Notes under the pieces: generated by a model | The model's input: only the letters and a program-made list of their open reading frames with translations | What the model was told of the DNA's origin: nothing | Databases searched by the model: none | In this document: one piece after another, positions 9,796-21,700 of the stretch | Layout: every line of letters starts with the position of its first letter | How positions within the stretch are numbered: the first letter of the stretch is position 1 | Translations under genes and position numbers: made by a program | From: Gracilimonas sp. | GTDB taxonomy: Bacteria > Bacteroidota > Rhodothermia > Balneolales > Balneolaceae | DNA: 64,000 nucleotides | Direction: 5' to 3' | Assembly (NCBI GenBank): GCA_965227215.1 | Contig: OZ245729.1 | Span: forward strand, 1,328,419-1,392,418

Positions 9796-11586
9796 TTAAT
9801 CTTTAAGCCACCCGTTTCTGAGCTGCTTAATGGTTCTATTCGCCTTTTGATTCAGCTCTGATCTAAGCGTGGGATCCTCTGTCAAAGTTGCTGTTGTTGA
9901 TTTTTCTTCTCCCCAGCGGATAAACGTAATCTCAACTTCATCGCCGGGTTTGTATTCATTCAGTATCTCCTCTACCGATTCTACTTCATTAAGAGCTCTC
10001 CCGGCAATCGAAATGATTTCATCCTCCGACTCAATCCCTGCTTTGTAAAGGGGTGAACCGATTAGTGCATTGGATTCCAACTTCCCAACTCCATCTTCAA
10101 TTTCAATATCCGTTCCGAGTACCGCCTTACCGGGATTGGCTTTGGTGAGTGTGATCCCAAAATCAGCCAGCAGATTTTCATAATCCGGCAGCTGACTATC
10201 GAAAATGTATTTCTCAAAAAACTCGTCAGCAAAATCCTTGCCTGCATACTCGGCCAGCTTTTCCTGAATATCGCGATTGGTGTAAGGCACTTCCGTTCTC
10301 CCGAACTCTCTCCACATCAACTTCATGAAATCATCCAGATTTTTGTTGCCGTCCATTTTCCGGAGTGAAAGATCCAGCCCAAGTCCCAACACACTGCCAT
10401 AGGTGTAATATGAGATAAAAGTGTTGGTTTTATTTTGCGGATCAACTGAAGTAGCTGCATCCACAAAGGGTGCCTGGTAGCTCATTTCAACCGGGGAGAA
10501 AAACTGACGGCCGGGCCGGTTGATCACATAGTTCAACCCTCCATCCAGGGCTTCCGCATATTCTTTTGCAGAATTGATTCCCGCTCTGTGCAAAATCAGA
10601 TCATCGTAATAGCTGGTGAAGCCTTCAGCAAACCAAAGCTCTCCGCTCATGTTGGCTTCCTCAAAATTAAAAGGCTCCAGGCTGGCCGGACGAATACGCT
10701 CTACATTCCAAATATGAATAAACTCGTGCGAAACGGTTCCCAAACTGGTATTCCCGAGCGGCCGATCTAAAGGTTTAGAGCTGGTTACAATGGTGGAATT
10801 CCGGTGCTCCATTCCGTCTCCACTTGCATTAGGCATAAAGCAATTCAGAAATACATACTCCCCGTAATCAAAATCGGGTAATTCCCCAAACAGGTTGACT
10901 TGTGCATTCACAATCGCCATCACCTTCCCGAAGTATTCATCTACTTCTTCATCCGTAGCCGGGGTGTGAAGCGCCATTTTAATCAGCTGCCCATCAATGG
11001 CTTCCTGACGCTCGTGGAAATCAGCAATTTCTACCGGACTGTCGAGAAAATAATACAGATCCGGAGCATAATACGTGTTTCCATCCAGCGGTTTGAGCTG
11101 CGTAGCGATCTTCCAATTCAGGTCTTCACGGACATTAAAGGTGATTTCAATTGGGCGGTGCTCGTAATCTCTGGCCCAGGCAAAAGTCGCCGGCATATTG
11201 AGGTGCGCATGGGTTTCATCTACCTGCGAATAGGTTCCATCTCCCCGATTGGCAAACAGGGTGTATTCAAACTTCACGGTTCCATCGTGTCCGCTCACGT
11301 TCCACTGGTGAGGATTGGGACGGGTTACTTCAAGTTCATTTCCTTTACTATCGGTGGCTTTCACCCCATACACGTTCTTAGCAAACTCATGGAGAGCATA
11401 TCGCCCGGGTGAAGTCCGGCTCATTCGTACTTCCAGTACTTTATTCTCCAGATTGGTATAAATCACCGAAATCTCAGCTTCATGATGAACCGCATTTTCG
11501 AAGGAAATCTCGTATTTGGTAGTTGTTTGAGCGGAAAGTGTAAAAGAAATGAGTGAAAGAGTGAGCGTAAATAGAACTTGTCTCAT
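9796..11586 (-). CDS. M61 family glycyl aminopeptidase with C-terminal PDZ domain
   Basis: 596 aa with a signal peptide. Zinc motif HEFIHIWNVERIRP (HExxH), and a PDZ-like C-terminus (LGTDIEIEDGVGKLES...GDEIISIAG). Confidence 0.85.
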   Translation of the reverse strand: MRQVLFTLTLSLISFTLSAQTTTKYEISFENAVHHEAEISVIYTNLENKVLEVRMSRTSPGRYALHEFAKNVYGVKATDSKGNELEVTRPNPHQWNVSGHDGTVKFEYTLFANRGDGTYSQVDETHAHLNMPATFAWARDYEHRPIEITFNVREDLNWKIATQLKPLDGNTYYAPDLYYFLDSPVEIADFHERQEAIDGQLIKMALHTPATDEEVDEYFGKVMAIVNAQVNLFGELPDFDYGEYVFLNCFMPNASGDGMEHRNSTIVTSSKPLDRPLGNTSLGTVSHEFIHIWNVERIRPASLEPFNFEEANMSGELWFAEGFTSYYDDLILHRAGINSAKEYAEALDGGLNYVINRPGRQFFSPVEMSYQAPFVDAATSVDPQNKTNTFISYYTYGSVLGLGLDLSLRKMDGNKNLDDFMKLMWREFGRTEVPYTNRDIQEKLAEYAGKDFADEFFEKYIFDSQLPDYENLLADFGITLTKANPGKAVLGTDIEIEDGVGKLESNALIGSPLYKAGIESEDEIISIAGRALNEVESVEEILNEYKPGDEVEITFIRWGEEKSTTATLTEDPTLRSELNQKANRTIKQLRNGWLKD

Positions 11587-11651
11587 AGTAGAATTTTGAG
11601 TTTTTAAAAGAATAGATGGGTGGGAATATGAAGAGGATAGGTGTGAGTTAC

Positions 11652-11682
11652 AAGGTTTTAGGTTTTAGGTGTTAGGTGTTAG
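11652..11682. repeat. Half-copy of word-like repeat family C (ggttttaggtgttagg)
   Basis: aaggttttaggttttaggtgttaggtgttag. It uses the same words as the hairpin at 38424-38502, but I found no complementary arm nearby. Confidence 0.5.
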
Positions 11683-11877
11683 TGGTTCGAGTTTGGGTTT
11701 GATAATCCTGGCAATCCTTTAATCATTGAAATCATGGTACCCAGACTAATCTTGGACCTTGTTTTGTAGGATTTTTGGATTCCATTGATTTCAATTGCAC
11801 TCGCTCTGCCTCGTCACCATTAATATTCGCTCCGACGCAGAGCGATCGGAGCGAGGAAAATGTTCTACAACTAATAC

Positions 11878-13035
11878 CTACTTATCTTCCAACCACGAAT
11901 ATGGGTAGCTTGGATCATCCAGCCGCATGGCTTCTTCGGTAACATACATCGGGTGGAAGGTGTCGATCATAACGGCATATTCATCGGTCTCTTCTGCGCC
12001 GATGCTGGCCTCGGCCTTTCCGGGCTGCGGTCCGTGTGGAATACCTCCGGGATGCAGCGTGATATCCGCATAGCCGATTCCTTCACGGCTCATAAAGTCC
12101 CCTTCTACATAGTAGATCATTTCATCGGAATCTACGTTGGAGTGGTTATAAGGCGCCGGAATGGATTCCGGGTGATAGTCAAACTTGCGCGGACAGAAAC
12201 TGCACACCACATAATTGTGTCCTCGGAAAGTTTGATGAACCGGTGGTGGCTGATGGATGCGCCCGGTAATCGGCTCAAAATCTTTAATATTGAAAATCCA
12301 CGGATACAGGTATCCATCCCAGCCCACTACGTCGCACGGGTGATGGTCGAAGGTGTAGTGATGGAAACGCCCGCCTTTTTTAATCCGCACTTCAAACTCG
12401 CCTTCTTCCGGGAAGAATAGCTGCTCGGAAGGAAGCCGGAAATCCCGCTCACAGAACGGAGAGTTCTCCATAAACTGCCCCATATCAGACAGGTAACGCT
12501 TCGGAAATTCAATGGGGCCGGTAGATTCAGTAAATAAAAACCGGTTTTCATCCGTCTCAAAATTCATTTGATAGGTGGTTCCGCGGGGAAGGAAAATGTA
12601 ATCACCATAGCCAAAATCGAGTCGACCGAAAACGGACTGAATATGTCCTTCACCTTCGTGAATAAACAACAGTTCGTCATGTTCCCCATTGCGATAGAAA
12701 TAATCCATGTTGCCGGTTGGCCGGGCTGTTCCAATCTGAATGTCGTTATTGAACATCAGCACTTTACGACCGGTAATGGGATCTCCACCCGCCGGAACGT
12801 CTTTGGTTTTCAACAACCGGTGCCGGAGCGTTTTTTCATCCGCCTTTTTAACGACGATCTCTGCCCCTTCTTCAATCTTTACTACCCGTGTAGGCATATG
12901 GTGATGATACAGCAGCGAGCTGTTTCCATGAAATCCTTCCGCCCCGAATAGCTCTTCCGTGTATAACTCACCATCCGGCCGGTGAAAAATAGTATGTCGT
13001 TTATGCGGGATTTTCCCTAATGCGTGGTAATACAT
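11878..13035 (-). CDS. hmgA: homogentisate 1,2-dioxygenase
   Basis: 385 aa of the short bacterial HmgA type (MYYHALGKIPHKRHT..., ...NHSNVDSDEMIYYVEG..., HPGGIPHGPQPG). It lies directly downstream of hppD. Confidence 0.85.
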   Translation of the reverse strand: MYYHALGKIPHKRHTIFHRPDGELYTEELFGAEGFHGNSSLLYHHHMPTRVVKIEEGAEIVVKKADEKTLRHRLLKTKDVPAGGDPITGRKVLMFNNDIQIGTARPTGNMDYFYRNGEHDELLFIHEGEGHIQSVFGRLDFGYGDYIFLPRGTTYQMNFETDENRFLFTESTGPIEFPKRYLSDMGQFMENSPFCERDFRLPSEQLFFPEEGEFEVRIKKGGRFHHYTFDHHPCDVVGWDGYLYPWIFNIKDFEPITGRIHQPPPVHQTFRGHNYVVCSFCPRKFDYHPESIPAPYNHSNVDSDEMIYYVEGDFMSREGIGYADITLHPGGIPHGPQPGKAEASIGAEETDEYAVMIDTFHPMYVTEEAMRLDDPSYPYSWLEDK

Positions 13036-13044
13036 GATTTCTGA

Positions 13045-13112
13045 ATTAAAAATGAAAAGTTAAAAATTTAAAATTGGCTTACTCCCAATTTTAAATTTTT
13101 CATTTTGAATTT
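13045..13112. repeat. AT-rich hairpin (family B) between hppD stop and hmgA start
   Basis: aaaaatttaaaattgg (cttactc) ccaattttaaattttt, with further imperfect pairing outside. The right arm caattttaaatttttcattttgaattt matches 62031-62057 at 25 of 27 positions. Confidence 0.6.
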
Positions 13113-14249
13113 CTAAAGGTTGCCCCTGGCGTCTTGTTCGCGCTCGATGGCTTCGAAAAGGGCTTTGAAGTTTCCTTTTCCAAAACCACGGGCTCCTTTT
13201 CGCTGAATGATCTCAAAGAATAACGTTGGGCGATCTACAACGGGCTTGGTAAAAATCTGAAGCAGATATCCTTCGTCATCACGGTCCACTAAAATTCCCA
13301 AATCCTCCAGCTTGTCAATGGGTTCATCAATTTTACCCACCCGGTCTTCCAGCTCCTCGTAATAGGTAGTCGGCACTTTCAGGAACTCAACACCACGATC
13401 CCTCAGCTTTCCAACGGTATCGATGATATCACCGGTAAGCAGCGCCACATGCTGTACGCCCGGACCTTCAAAGAAATCCAGGTATTCTTCAATTTGAGAT
13501 TTCTTCTTTCCTTCGGCCGGTTCATTAATCGGGAATTTAATCATTCCTCGTCCACCGGCCATCACACGACTCATCAGTGCTGAGTATTCAGTGGAAATAT
13601 CTTTGTCATCAAAGCTGATGTATTGCGTGAAGCCGAGCACATCCCGGTAAAAATCTACCCAGTCTTCCATTCTGCCAAGCTCTACGTTCCCCACGCAGTG
13701 ATCTACAAACTCTACCCCAACGGGATCTGCTTTAATTAAACTTTCTCTGGGTTGAAATCCCGGCATGAAAATTCCTTCGTAGTTAGACCGATCTATGAAA
13801 GAGTGAATCACATCGCCATAGGTTTTAATGGCCGCCTTACGGATAGTACCGTGCTCGTCTTTCATATCATGAGGCTCCAGAACCGGCTCAGCTCCCCGCT
13901 TTACAGATTCGTTAAACGCCCGGTCCACATCTTCCACATGCATGGCAATATCTTTGATTCCATCTCCATGCTTTTGCACAAACTCCGCAATGGGCGAGTT
14001 GCTGTTCAGAGGAGCCGAAATCACAAACCGGATATTTCCCTGCTCAAGGTAATAGGATGCACGATCGCGGATGCCTGTTTCCAAGCCCGAATAGGCCTTC
14101 AGCTCAAATCCAAAGGTGGTAATATAGAAATGAGCGGCCTGCTTGGCGTTGTTTACATAATGCTCCACATAGTCCACATCCTGCAGTCCAAGGTGGTCAT
14201 CAAATTTCTCTTCAACGGGGCGTTCGAGCGTTTTTTCTTGTTCTGACAT
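13113..14249 (-). CDS. hppD: 4-hydroxyphenylpyruvate dioxygenase
   Basis: 378 aa. Two VOC/glyoxalase-like halves and the diagnostic C-terminus [30 protein letters not shown]. Confidence 0.9.
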   Translation of the reverse strand: MSEQEKTLERPVEEKFDDHLGLQDVDYVEHYVNNAKQAAHFYITTFGFELKAYSGLETGIRDRASYYLEQGNIRFVISAPLNSNSPIAEFVQKHGDGIKDIAMHVEDVDRAFNESVKRGAEPVLEPHDMKDEHGTIRKAAIKTYGDVIHSFIDRSNYEGIFMPGFQPRESLIKADPVGVEFVDHCVGNVELGRMEDWVDFYRDVLGFTQYISFDDKDISTEYSALMSRVMAGGRGMIKFPINEPAEGKKKSQIEEYLDFFEGPGVQHVALLTGDIIDTVGKLRDRGVEFLKVPTTYYEELEDRVGKIDEPIDKLEDLGILVDRDDEGYLLQIFTKPVVDRPTLFFEIIQRKGARGFGKGNFKALFEAIEREQDARGNL

Positions 14250-14353
14250 ATCTACACTTATTTAATCTTCTATCTTGCTGAAGGATACAAAATAAAAAAG
14301 CGCTTCGATAGAGTAAAAATCTGGGCGACATGGCTTTTAATAAAACTATTCCG

Positions 14354-14433
14354 GGATTACCTACCCTTTACCGTTTTGTTTTCGAACTCGTTGCGAAGCT
14401 CCAGCTTCGTAATGCAATCCCGGAAGCTCCAGC
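14354..14433. repeat. REP-like palindromes, left flank of RAYT
   Basis: Blocks: ccctttacc (14354-14362); gttgcgaagctccagcttcgtaat (14390-14413, palindromic core cgaagct-cc-agcttcg); cccggaagctccagc (14419-14433). Confidence 0.7.
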
Positions 14434-14442
14434 CCCCCCCCC
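14433..14442. repeat. C10 homopolymer abutting RAYT stop codon
   Basis: Ten consecutive C residues (G10 on the coding strand) lie immediately 3' of the TGA stop at 14443-14445. Confidence 0.9.
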
Positions 14443-14976
14443 TCAAATAATTCTCTGGCTATCTATTAACCCGCTTCCTCCCAAATAATCCCTAGCTGAT
14501 GAATATCGCCAATCTCCCGGCTTATCCACATATCCTCGTTTAACCGGATTAAAGTGCACATAATTGATCTTCTGATGTAACACCTTCTCCATAGAAATTT
14601 GCTTGGGATGATACCCCTCCTGCCACACTTGGTATACGGACTCTTTCTTCCCTCTTTTTCGTGAAAATGCCAGCTGTTTCAAATAAAGTTGACTATTCTT
14701 TGATCTCAGAAAATCCAGGATTTGCTTGGCCGTATATGATTTGATGCTTTGCATACTTGTTTTTAAATCCTCGTGCTCAGCAATCAGATGAAAATGATTT
14801 TCCATGATGCACCAAGCATATATTTTGAGTCGATTTTGAGACTGATGATGCTTTATTGCTTCAATGAAATATCGTGCTATTTCCGGTTTTGAAAATAGCG
14901 GCAATCCATGAACAAAGCTACTGGTTAGCAGATAAGGATACCAGGGTTCGTGTTGTTTGTACCGGCTTCTTCCCAT
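14443..14976 (-). CDS. REP-associated tyrosine transposase (RAYT, IS200/IS605 Y1 transposase-like)
   Basis: 177 aa. HUH motif in MENHFHLIAE, catalytic-Tyr region INYVHFNPVKRGYV, and REP-type hairpins on both flanks. Confidence 0.8.
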   Translation of the reverse strand: MGRSRYKQHEPWYPYLLTSSFVHGLPLFSKPEIARYFIEAIKHHQSQNRLKIYAWCIMENHFHLIAEHEDLKTSMQSIKSYTAKQILDFLRSKNSQLYLKQLAFSRKRGKKESVYQVWQEGYHPKQISMEKVLHQKINYVHFNPVKRGYVDKPGDWRYSSARDYLGGSGLIDSQRII

Positions 14977-15075
14977 TGTCTTTTATCATAATAAGAGCGA
15001 TGACAATTGGATTCCTTACATATTTTTTTGGAAGAGCCATACTAATTATGCAGCTCCTGCGGCGTAATCCCCTCC

Positions 15076-15136
15076 GGGAAGCTGGAGCTTCCCTGACTGC
15101 GTTGCGAAGGTGGACCTTCGCAACGAGGGTAAAGGT
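15076..15136. repeat. REP-like palindromes, right flank of RAYT
   Basis: gggaagctggagcttccc (15076-15093, perfect 8+8 palindrome); gttgcgaaggtggaccttcgcaac (15101-15124, perfect 10-bp stem); ggtaaaggt (15128-15136), the inverted match of 14354-14362. Confidence 0.75.
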
Positions 15137-15151
15137 AAATTATGACTTATA

Positions 15152-16780
15152 TTATCTACGATTAAAAAGCCAAATCAACAGTATTGCTAAAACCACGATT
15201 GCTGCTGAAAACACAAATGAATACATAGGTACTAATAAAGAACTATCAGTAAGGAAAAGCTCTATATATGGTTTGATCAAAAATTCCGACAAACCTGTTA
15301 TTCCTACTAAACCAAATACGAGAGTCAGCCAGCGATCAACTGCCAACCTTCGCTTCTCAGTTTTATAGCGTATTTCATCCAGATACCAACGAGCTGTTTC
15401 TTTCGCAGATGGCACAAGATCCATTGTTCCAATATCTTTTAAGATACTCTTTAAAGCATCTGTTATTTCTCCGGCACTACCCGAATAATGCAAATCATCT
15501 TCTGCAGTACAAAGATTTCGATAAGAATCTATCAGATGCTCCTCTGAGGGAGGGTTTCTTATTAGTTTACATGCCCGTGCTAACCGCATGTTATAATACT
15601 CGATATGCTCTGCACGGCTTTGTTGACTCATAATAATTGACAATGTGTTAGGATCTTCCCACACATTTGATGGTACACCTTTGGGTTTTGTCCAAGTCCA
15701 TAAAAAAATTGCCCGAGTTCCATGAAAAGTAAAATCACCCATTGGGCGAAGGTCTTTTGGAAGCTCTGCATTGCTTTTGACATGAGTAGATCTCCACAAA
15801 ATTCTTAGAAGCGATTGTTTATATTTATCTAACAACTTCATTTTATTATCAGGTTGATCATCAAAACGCATTAGAGAAATTGAAGGACGACCCTGCCAAT
15901 GAAGTGGCTGGTTTGAAGCAAATTCTTTCTGACCATCTTCCGGGACAATTAAATTTGACAAGGCATTTCTGTAGACTTCTGTACAAAAATCAAAATTTGA
16001 CTCCCAATCATCTACTTGATTACCTCCCGCTGCTTTATGTAGCACTACCTTTTTTTTACCTATAAAAAAAGTAGTTCCCCCCTTTGATATAGATTCTTGA
16101 AATATTTTACGAGCATCCTTTCGCATTCTTTGGATGCTTCGTTTAATATTACGACCTTCGAGGGGTTTTCCGGCTAGCGTGATTTGATTCTTATAAGCAT
16201 GAGGGATAATTAAATCAGCTTCAAGTTTTTGGATTTTTGCATCAATCCAAACATCCACAAAATATCTATTGAAGAGATTCACTACTTCATTTATGAAGAA
16301 ATCTTCATCAGCTCTTTCCCATGCCCCCTCCAGTTGAAAGCTTAGAATTGCAATTCCATCATCAAAAAGCTTGACAGTTACATCTAACGGCAATTTTATT
16401 TCCTCATCCTCAAGAACTATGGGTGGAAGAAAAAGACGTACATATGGCGTTCTTTCTTCTTGTCCAATACGATTCTCATGAAATGATGCTTCTAAAGCAA
16501 AATTTAAATTTTCCCAGATGTGATCAGGTATTTCTTTCTCTAAAGAAACTCTGTGAGGTGAGTTCCATAATCTTCCTTTTGGCTGAATCCATTCGAACTG
16601 AACTTTTCCCTCTTTATCAGGATAGATGAATTTATTATCAGAGAAAAAGGCACTTGTTGAAATACCCAATTTTATAGCTTTCGTAGCAGTCTTAACTAAA
16701 TCAATCTCTGAAGCATAAAACCCGAGAGTATAGTTGTAAAAAACATTTGCTTGTTGAACTATCAAAGCTGAATGATTCAT
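15152..16780 (-). CDS. orphan 542-aa protein: large soluble N-terminal region plus C-terminal 2-TM hairpin
   Basis: Long uninterrupted ORF in a low-GC segment (18/60 G+C hand-counted for 15781-15840). The C-terminus has two hydrophobic helices, WLTLVFGLVGITGLSEFLI and LLVPMYSFVFSAAIVVLAILLIWLF. I recognise no family motif. Confidence 0.75.
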   Translation of the reverse strand: MNHSALIVQQANVFYNYTLGFYASEIDLVKTATKAIKLGISTSAFFSDNKFIYPDKEGKVQFEWIQPKGRLWNSPHRVSLEKEIPDHIWENLNFALEASFHENRIGQEERTPYVRLFLPPIVLEDEEIKLPLDVTVKLFDDGIAILSFQLEGAWERADEDFFINEVVNLFNRYFVDVWIDAKIQKLEADLIIPHAYKNQITLAGKPLEGRNIKRSIQRMRKDARKIFQESISKGGTTFFIGKKKVVLHKAAGGNQVDDWESNFDFCTEVYRNALSNLIVPEDGQKEFASNQPLHWQGRPSISLMRFDDQPDNKMKLLDKYKQSLLRILWRSTHVKSNAELPKDLRPMGDFTFHGTRAIFLWTWTKPKGVPSNVWEDPNTLSIIMSQQSRAEHIEYYNMRLARACKLIRNPPSEEHLIDSYRNLCTAEDDLHYSGSAGEITDALKSILKDIGTMDLVPSAKETARWYLDEIRYKTEKRRLAVDRWLTLVFGLVGITGLSEFLIKPYIELFLTDSSLLVPMYSFVFSAAIVVLAILLIWLFNRR

Positions 16781-17125
16781 ATTCTATAAATGGTTAACCA
16801 GTTGTTAAAAACCTTTCAATTTCAAAATCTCATCCGAAATCAACTTTAGAAATATTTCTTTCACCTCCCCCTCCACAATCTTCAAATCCTTTCAACTCAA
16901 CCTATACAACTCATAAGCAATCCTAGAATCGTTAATTCGGGTTATTGCTGGTTGAAGAATTCCATCCATTCGGCTTCATCAATCCCCGATAAATATTTAT
17001 TCAGTACCGCGTTTTGTAATAGTTACATATACGAAAACCCACTTCTTCAATTCTAAATCAATTTAATATCAACAAATTATAGCGAAAGCGATTGACAAAT
17101 TGAAAAGAGGATTTATACAAGTTTT

Positions 17126-17145
17126 GAAGCCGGAGCTTCCCTGAC
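17126..17145. repeat. Third copy of REP-like 20-mer
   Basis: gaagccggagcttccctgac matches 15078-15097 (gaagctggagcttccctgac) at 19 of 20 positions, in the same orientation. Confidence 0.7.
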
Positions 17146-17228
17146 AAAAAACTTCACTCTTCTTAATTCAGAACCGCTTATCTTTTCGCCTTCCATCCTA
17201 CAACACATTGACTTTTAGTTTATTTAAG

Positions 17229-20116
<2,888 letters not shown>

Positions 20117-20140
20117 CCTTCATTACTTAACAAAACTTAT

Positions 20141-20177
20141 AAAGGCAGCCTGATTTAGTTCAGGCTGCCTTTTTTTG
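20141..20177 (+). terminator. Rho-independent terminator of katG
   Basis: aaaggcagcctga-tttagt-tcaggctgccttt followed by a T-run. Confidence 0.85.
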
Positions 20178-20313
20178 TAGTATGATGAATTCACTAATAT
20201 CATTCATATACTTTCAGACTCCGGATCAAGTTCGGAATGATAACCTTTAAGTAATTTCTCGATCCAATCATCCGGCATTTGTGGATTGCTGCATGCTCAA
20301 TCTATCGAACGCT

Positions 20314-20345
20314 GCAAGGACCTGTGGACGCGTATAGGTCCTTGC
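20314..20345. terminator. GC-rich hairpin at creD 3' end
   Basis: gcaaggacc (20314-20322) pairs perfectly with ggtccttgc (20337-20345). No U-tract follows, so terminator function is uncertain. Confidence 0.4.
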
Positions 20346-21652
20346 TATGAGGTCGGTTCATCTTCGGTGCTCATAATTTCAAACCAGTTGATGTTTCGGG
20401 TCAGGTACATAACAACTGAGAGTACCACAAATAATCCGAGGCTTCCCAGTAAGAGTGCATAATCCTGCAGTTGCAGTAGAATGTAGAGGTAGCCATACAG
20501 GATGATTAGCACTCCGAATATGATTCCCGATTTCAGTTTATCAGAGAGTACACTGTAGGAATAGATGGTAATTAGTCCAATGATGGCGGCGGCCGCAATT
20601 ACATAGGCTAACTGAAACACCACATATTCTGAAATCGAAAGAAGCAGCGTGTAGAAAATCAGCAAAGCGAAGCCAATCAGTAAGTACTGTATGGGGTGAA
20701 TGATTTTCTTGCTAAGTAATTCTATCATAAAGAAGGTCAGGAAAGTCAGCGAAATGAACATAATCGCATACTTGGCTGTCCGCATGGTTTTTTGATATTC
20801 ATCTACAGCCAGAAGCAATTCAACCCCAAAGAGTGTATTTGTAACTTCCTGATTAGGTCCAACCCATTGCTGGGAAAAGTTTCGGTTCAGGTGTAAGACA
20901 TTCCATTCGGAATCAAAGCCGGCGTCTGTGACTTCCCGATCAGCAGGTAAAAAATTACCCGTGAAGCTCGGATTAGTCCAGTCAGATTTCAGGGCCACAT
21001 TTGTTTGCTTGCCTACCGGAGAGAAATGAAGCCCGCTACTTCCATTTAAATTCAAATTAAAGCTAAAGTCATACGCTTCACCGGTGCTAAGGTCGGGTGA
21101 AATGGAAATCCCTGAAGCCAGTACATCATTGGATTCAATGCCCGGGTTTGCCAGGTACTCACGTTCATTCCACTTAATGTTCACAAAGTCTTTAATTCCG
21201 GTCATATCTGAAATCCCGACCGAAACAAAAGCATCTTCAATCAGGAAATCTTCCACCGGCACCTTAAACCCACTCAAATCAATGGCCGGGAAATTTCCTG
21301 ATACAGACAAGTTGCTGTTATACACAATCACTTTATAGATCCCCCTGTAGCGGATTTCAGGAACTAAGGTGCCTTCCACACTCAAATTCTCCGGTAGAAA
21401 ATGGGCATAGCGGATCGTTTGCTCCACCTTCTCTTCCCCTTTAAAATAATACCTGTAAGGCACACTGATGATGGGCCCCACAACGACTTGTTCACTCCCC
21501 CACTTTTGGCTGATTTCATGAGCCACTGAATCCCTCCTGTGCTCCCGCTCCGAAATCAATCCTTGTATTAAAAGAGATGGGATTAGCAGTATTAGTGTTA
21601 AAAACGCGATGATAAATAAGCGGGTGCCAAGTGATTTTCTGAGGTTTTTCAT
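20345..21652 (-). CDS. creD: cell envelope integrity protein CreD
   Basis: 435 aa. One N-terminal TM, a large periplasmic region, then a C-terminal cluster of about 5 TM helices. The N-terminal GLISEREHRRDSVAHEISQKWGSEQVVVGPIISVPY resembles the CreD family. Confidence 0.75.
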   Translation of the reverse strand: MKNLRKSLGTRLFIIAFLTLILLIPSLLIQGLISEREHRRDSVAHEISQKWGSEQVVVGPIISVPYRYYFKGEEKVEQTIRYAHFLPENLSVEGTLVPEIRYRGIYKVIVYNSNLSVSGNFPAIDLSGFKVPVEDFLIEDAFVSVGISDMTGIKDFVNIKWNEREYLANPGIESNDVLASGISISPDLSTGEAYDFSFNLNLNGSSGLHFSPVGKQTNVALKSDWTNPSFTGNFLPADREVTDAGFDSEWNVLHLNRNFSQQWVGPNQEVTNTLFGVELLLAVDEYQKTMRTAKYAIMFISLTFLTFFMIELLSKKIIHPIQYLLIGFALLIFYTLLLSISEYVVFQLAYVIAAAAIIGLITIYSYSVLSDKLKSGIIFGVLIILYGYLYILLQLQDYALLLGSLGLFVVLSVVMYLTRNINWFEIMSTEDEPTS

Positions 21653-21700
21653 AGTCGTTGGTTTTGAATGTATGTGTGTGGAGTTGCTTCCGGTGTTTGC

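Larger units (their letters stand above)
14354..15136 (-). mobile_element. REPtron-like unit: RAYT gene bracketed by mirrored REP hairpins
   Basis: The left flank (14354-14433) and right flank (15076-15136) carry the same three sequence blocks in mirrored order. See the repeat features and findings. Confidence 0.7.

Noticed and set aside
14874-15368. 164-aa + strand ORF spanning the RAYT 5' end, the REP hairpins and the 3' end of the 542-aa gene
   Set aside because: It crosses palindromic repeat DNA and overlaps two better-supported genes on the other strand, so it is almost certainly spurious.
16950-17030. Short minus-strand frame ..LLQNAVLNKYLSGIDEAEWMEFFNQQ* upstream of the 542-aa gene
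   Set aside because: About 24 codons, preceded by an in-frame stop and with no start. It is a possible gene fragment but is unsupported.
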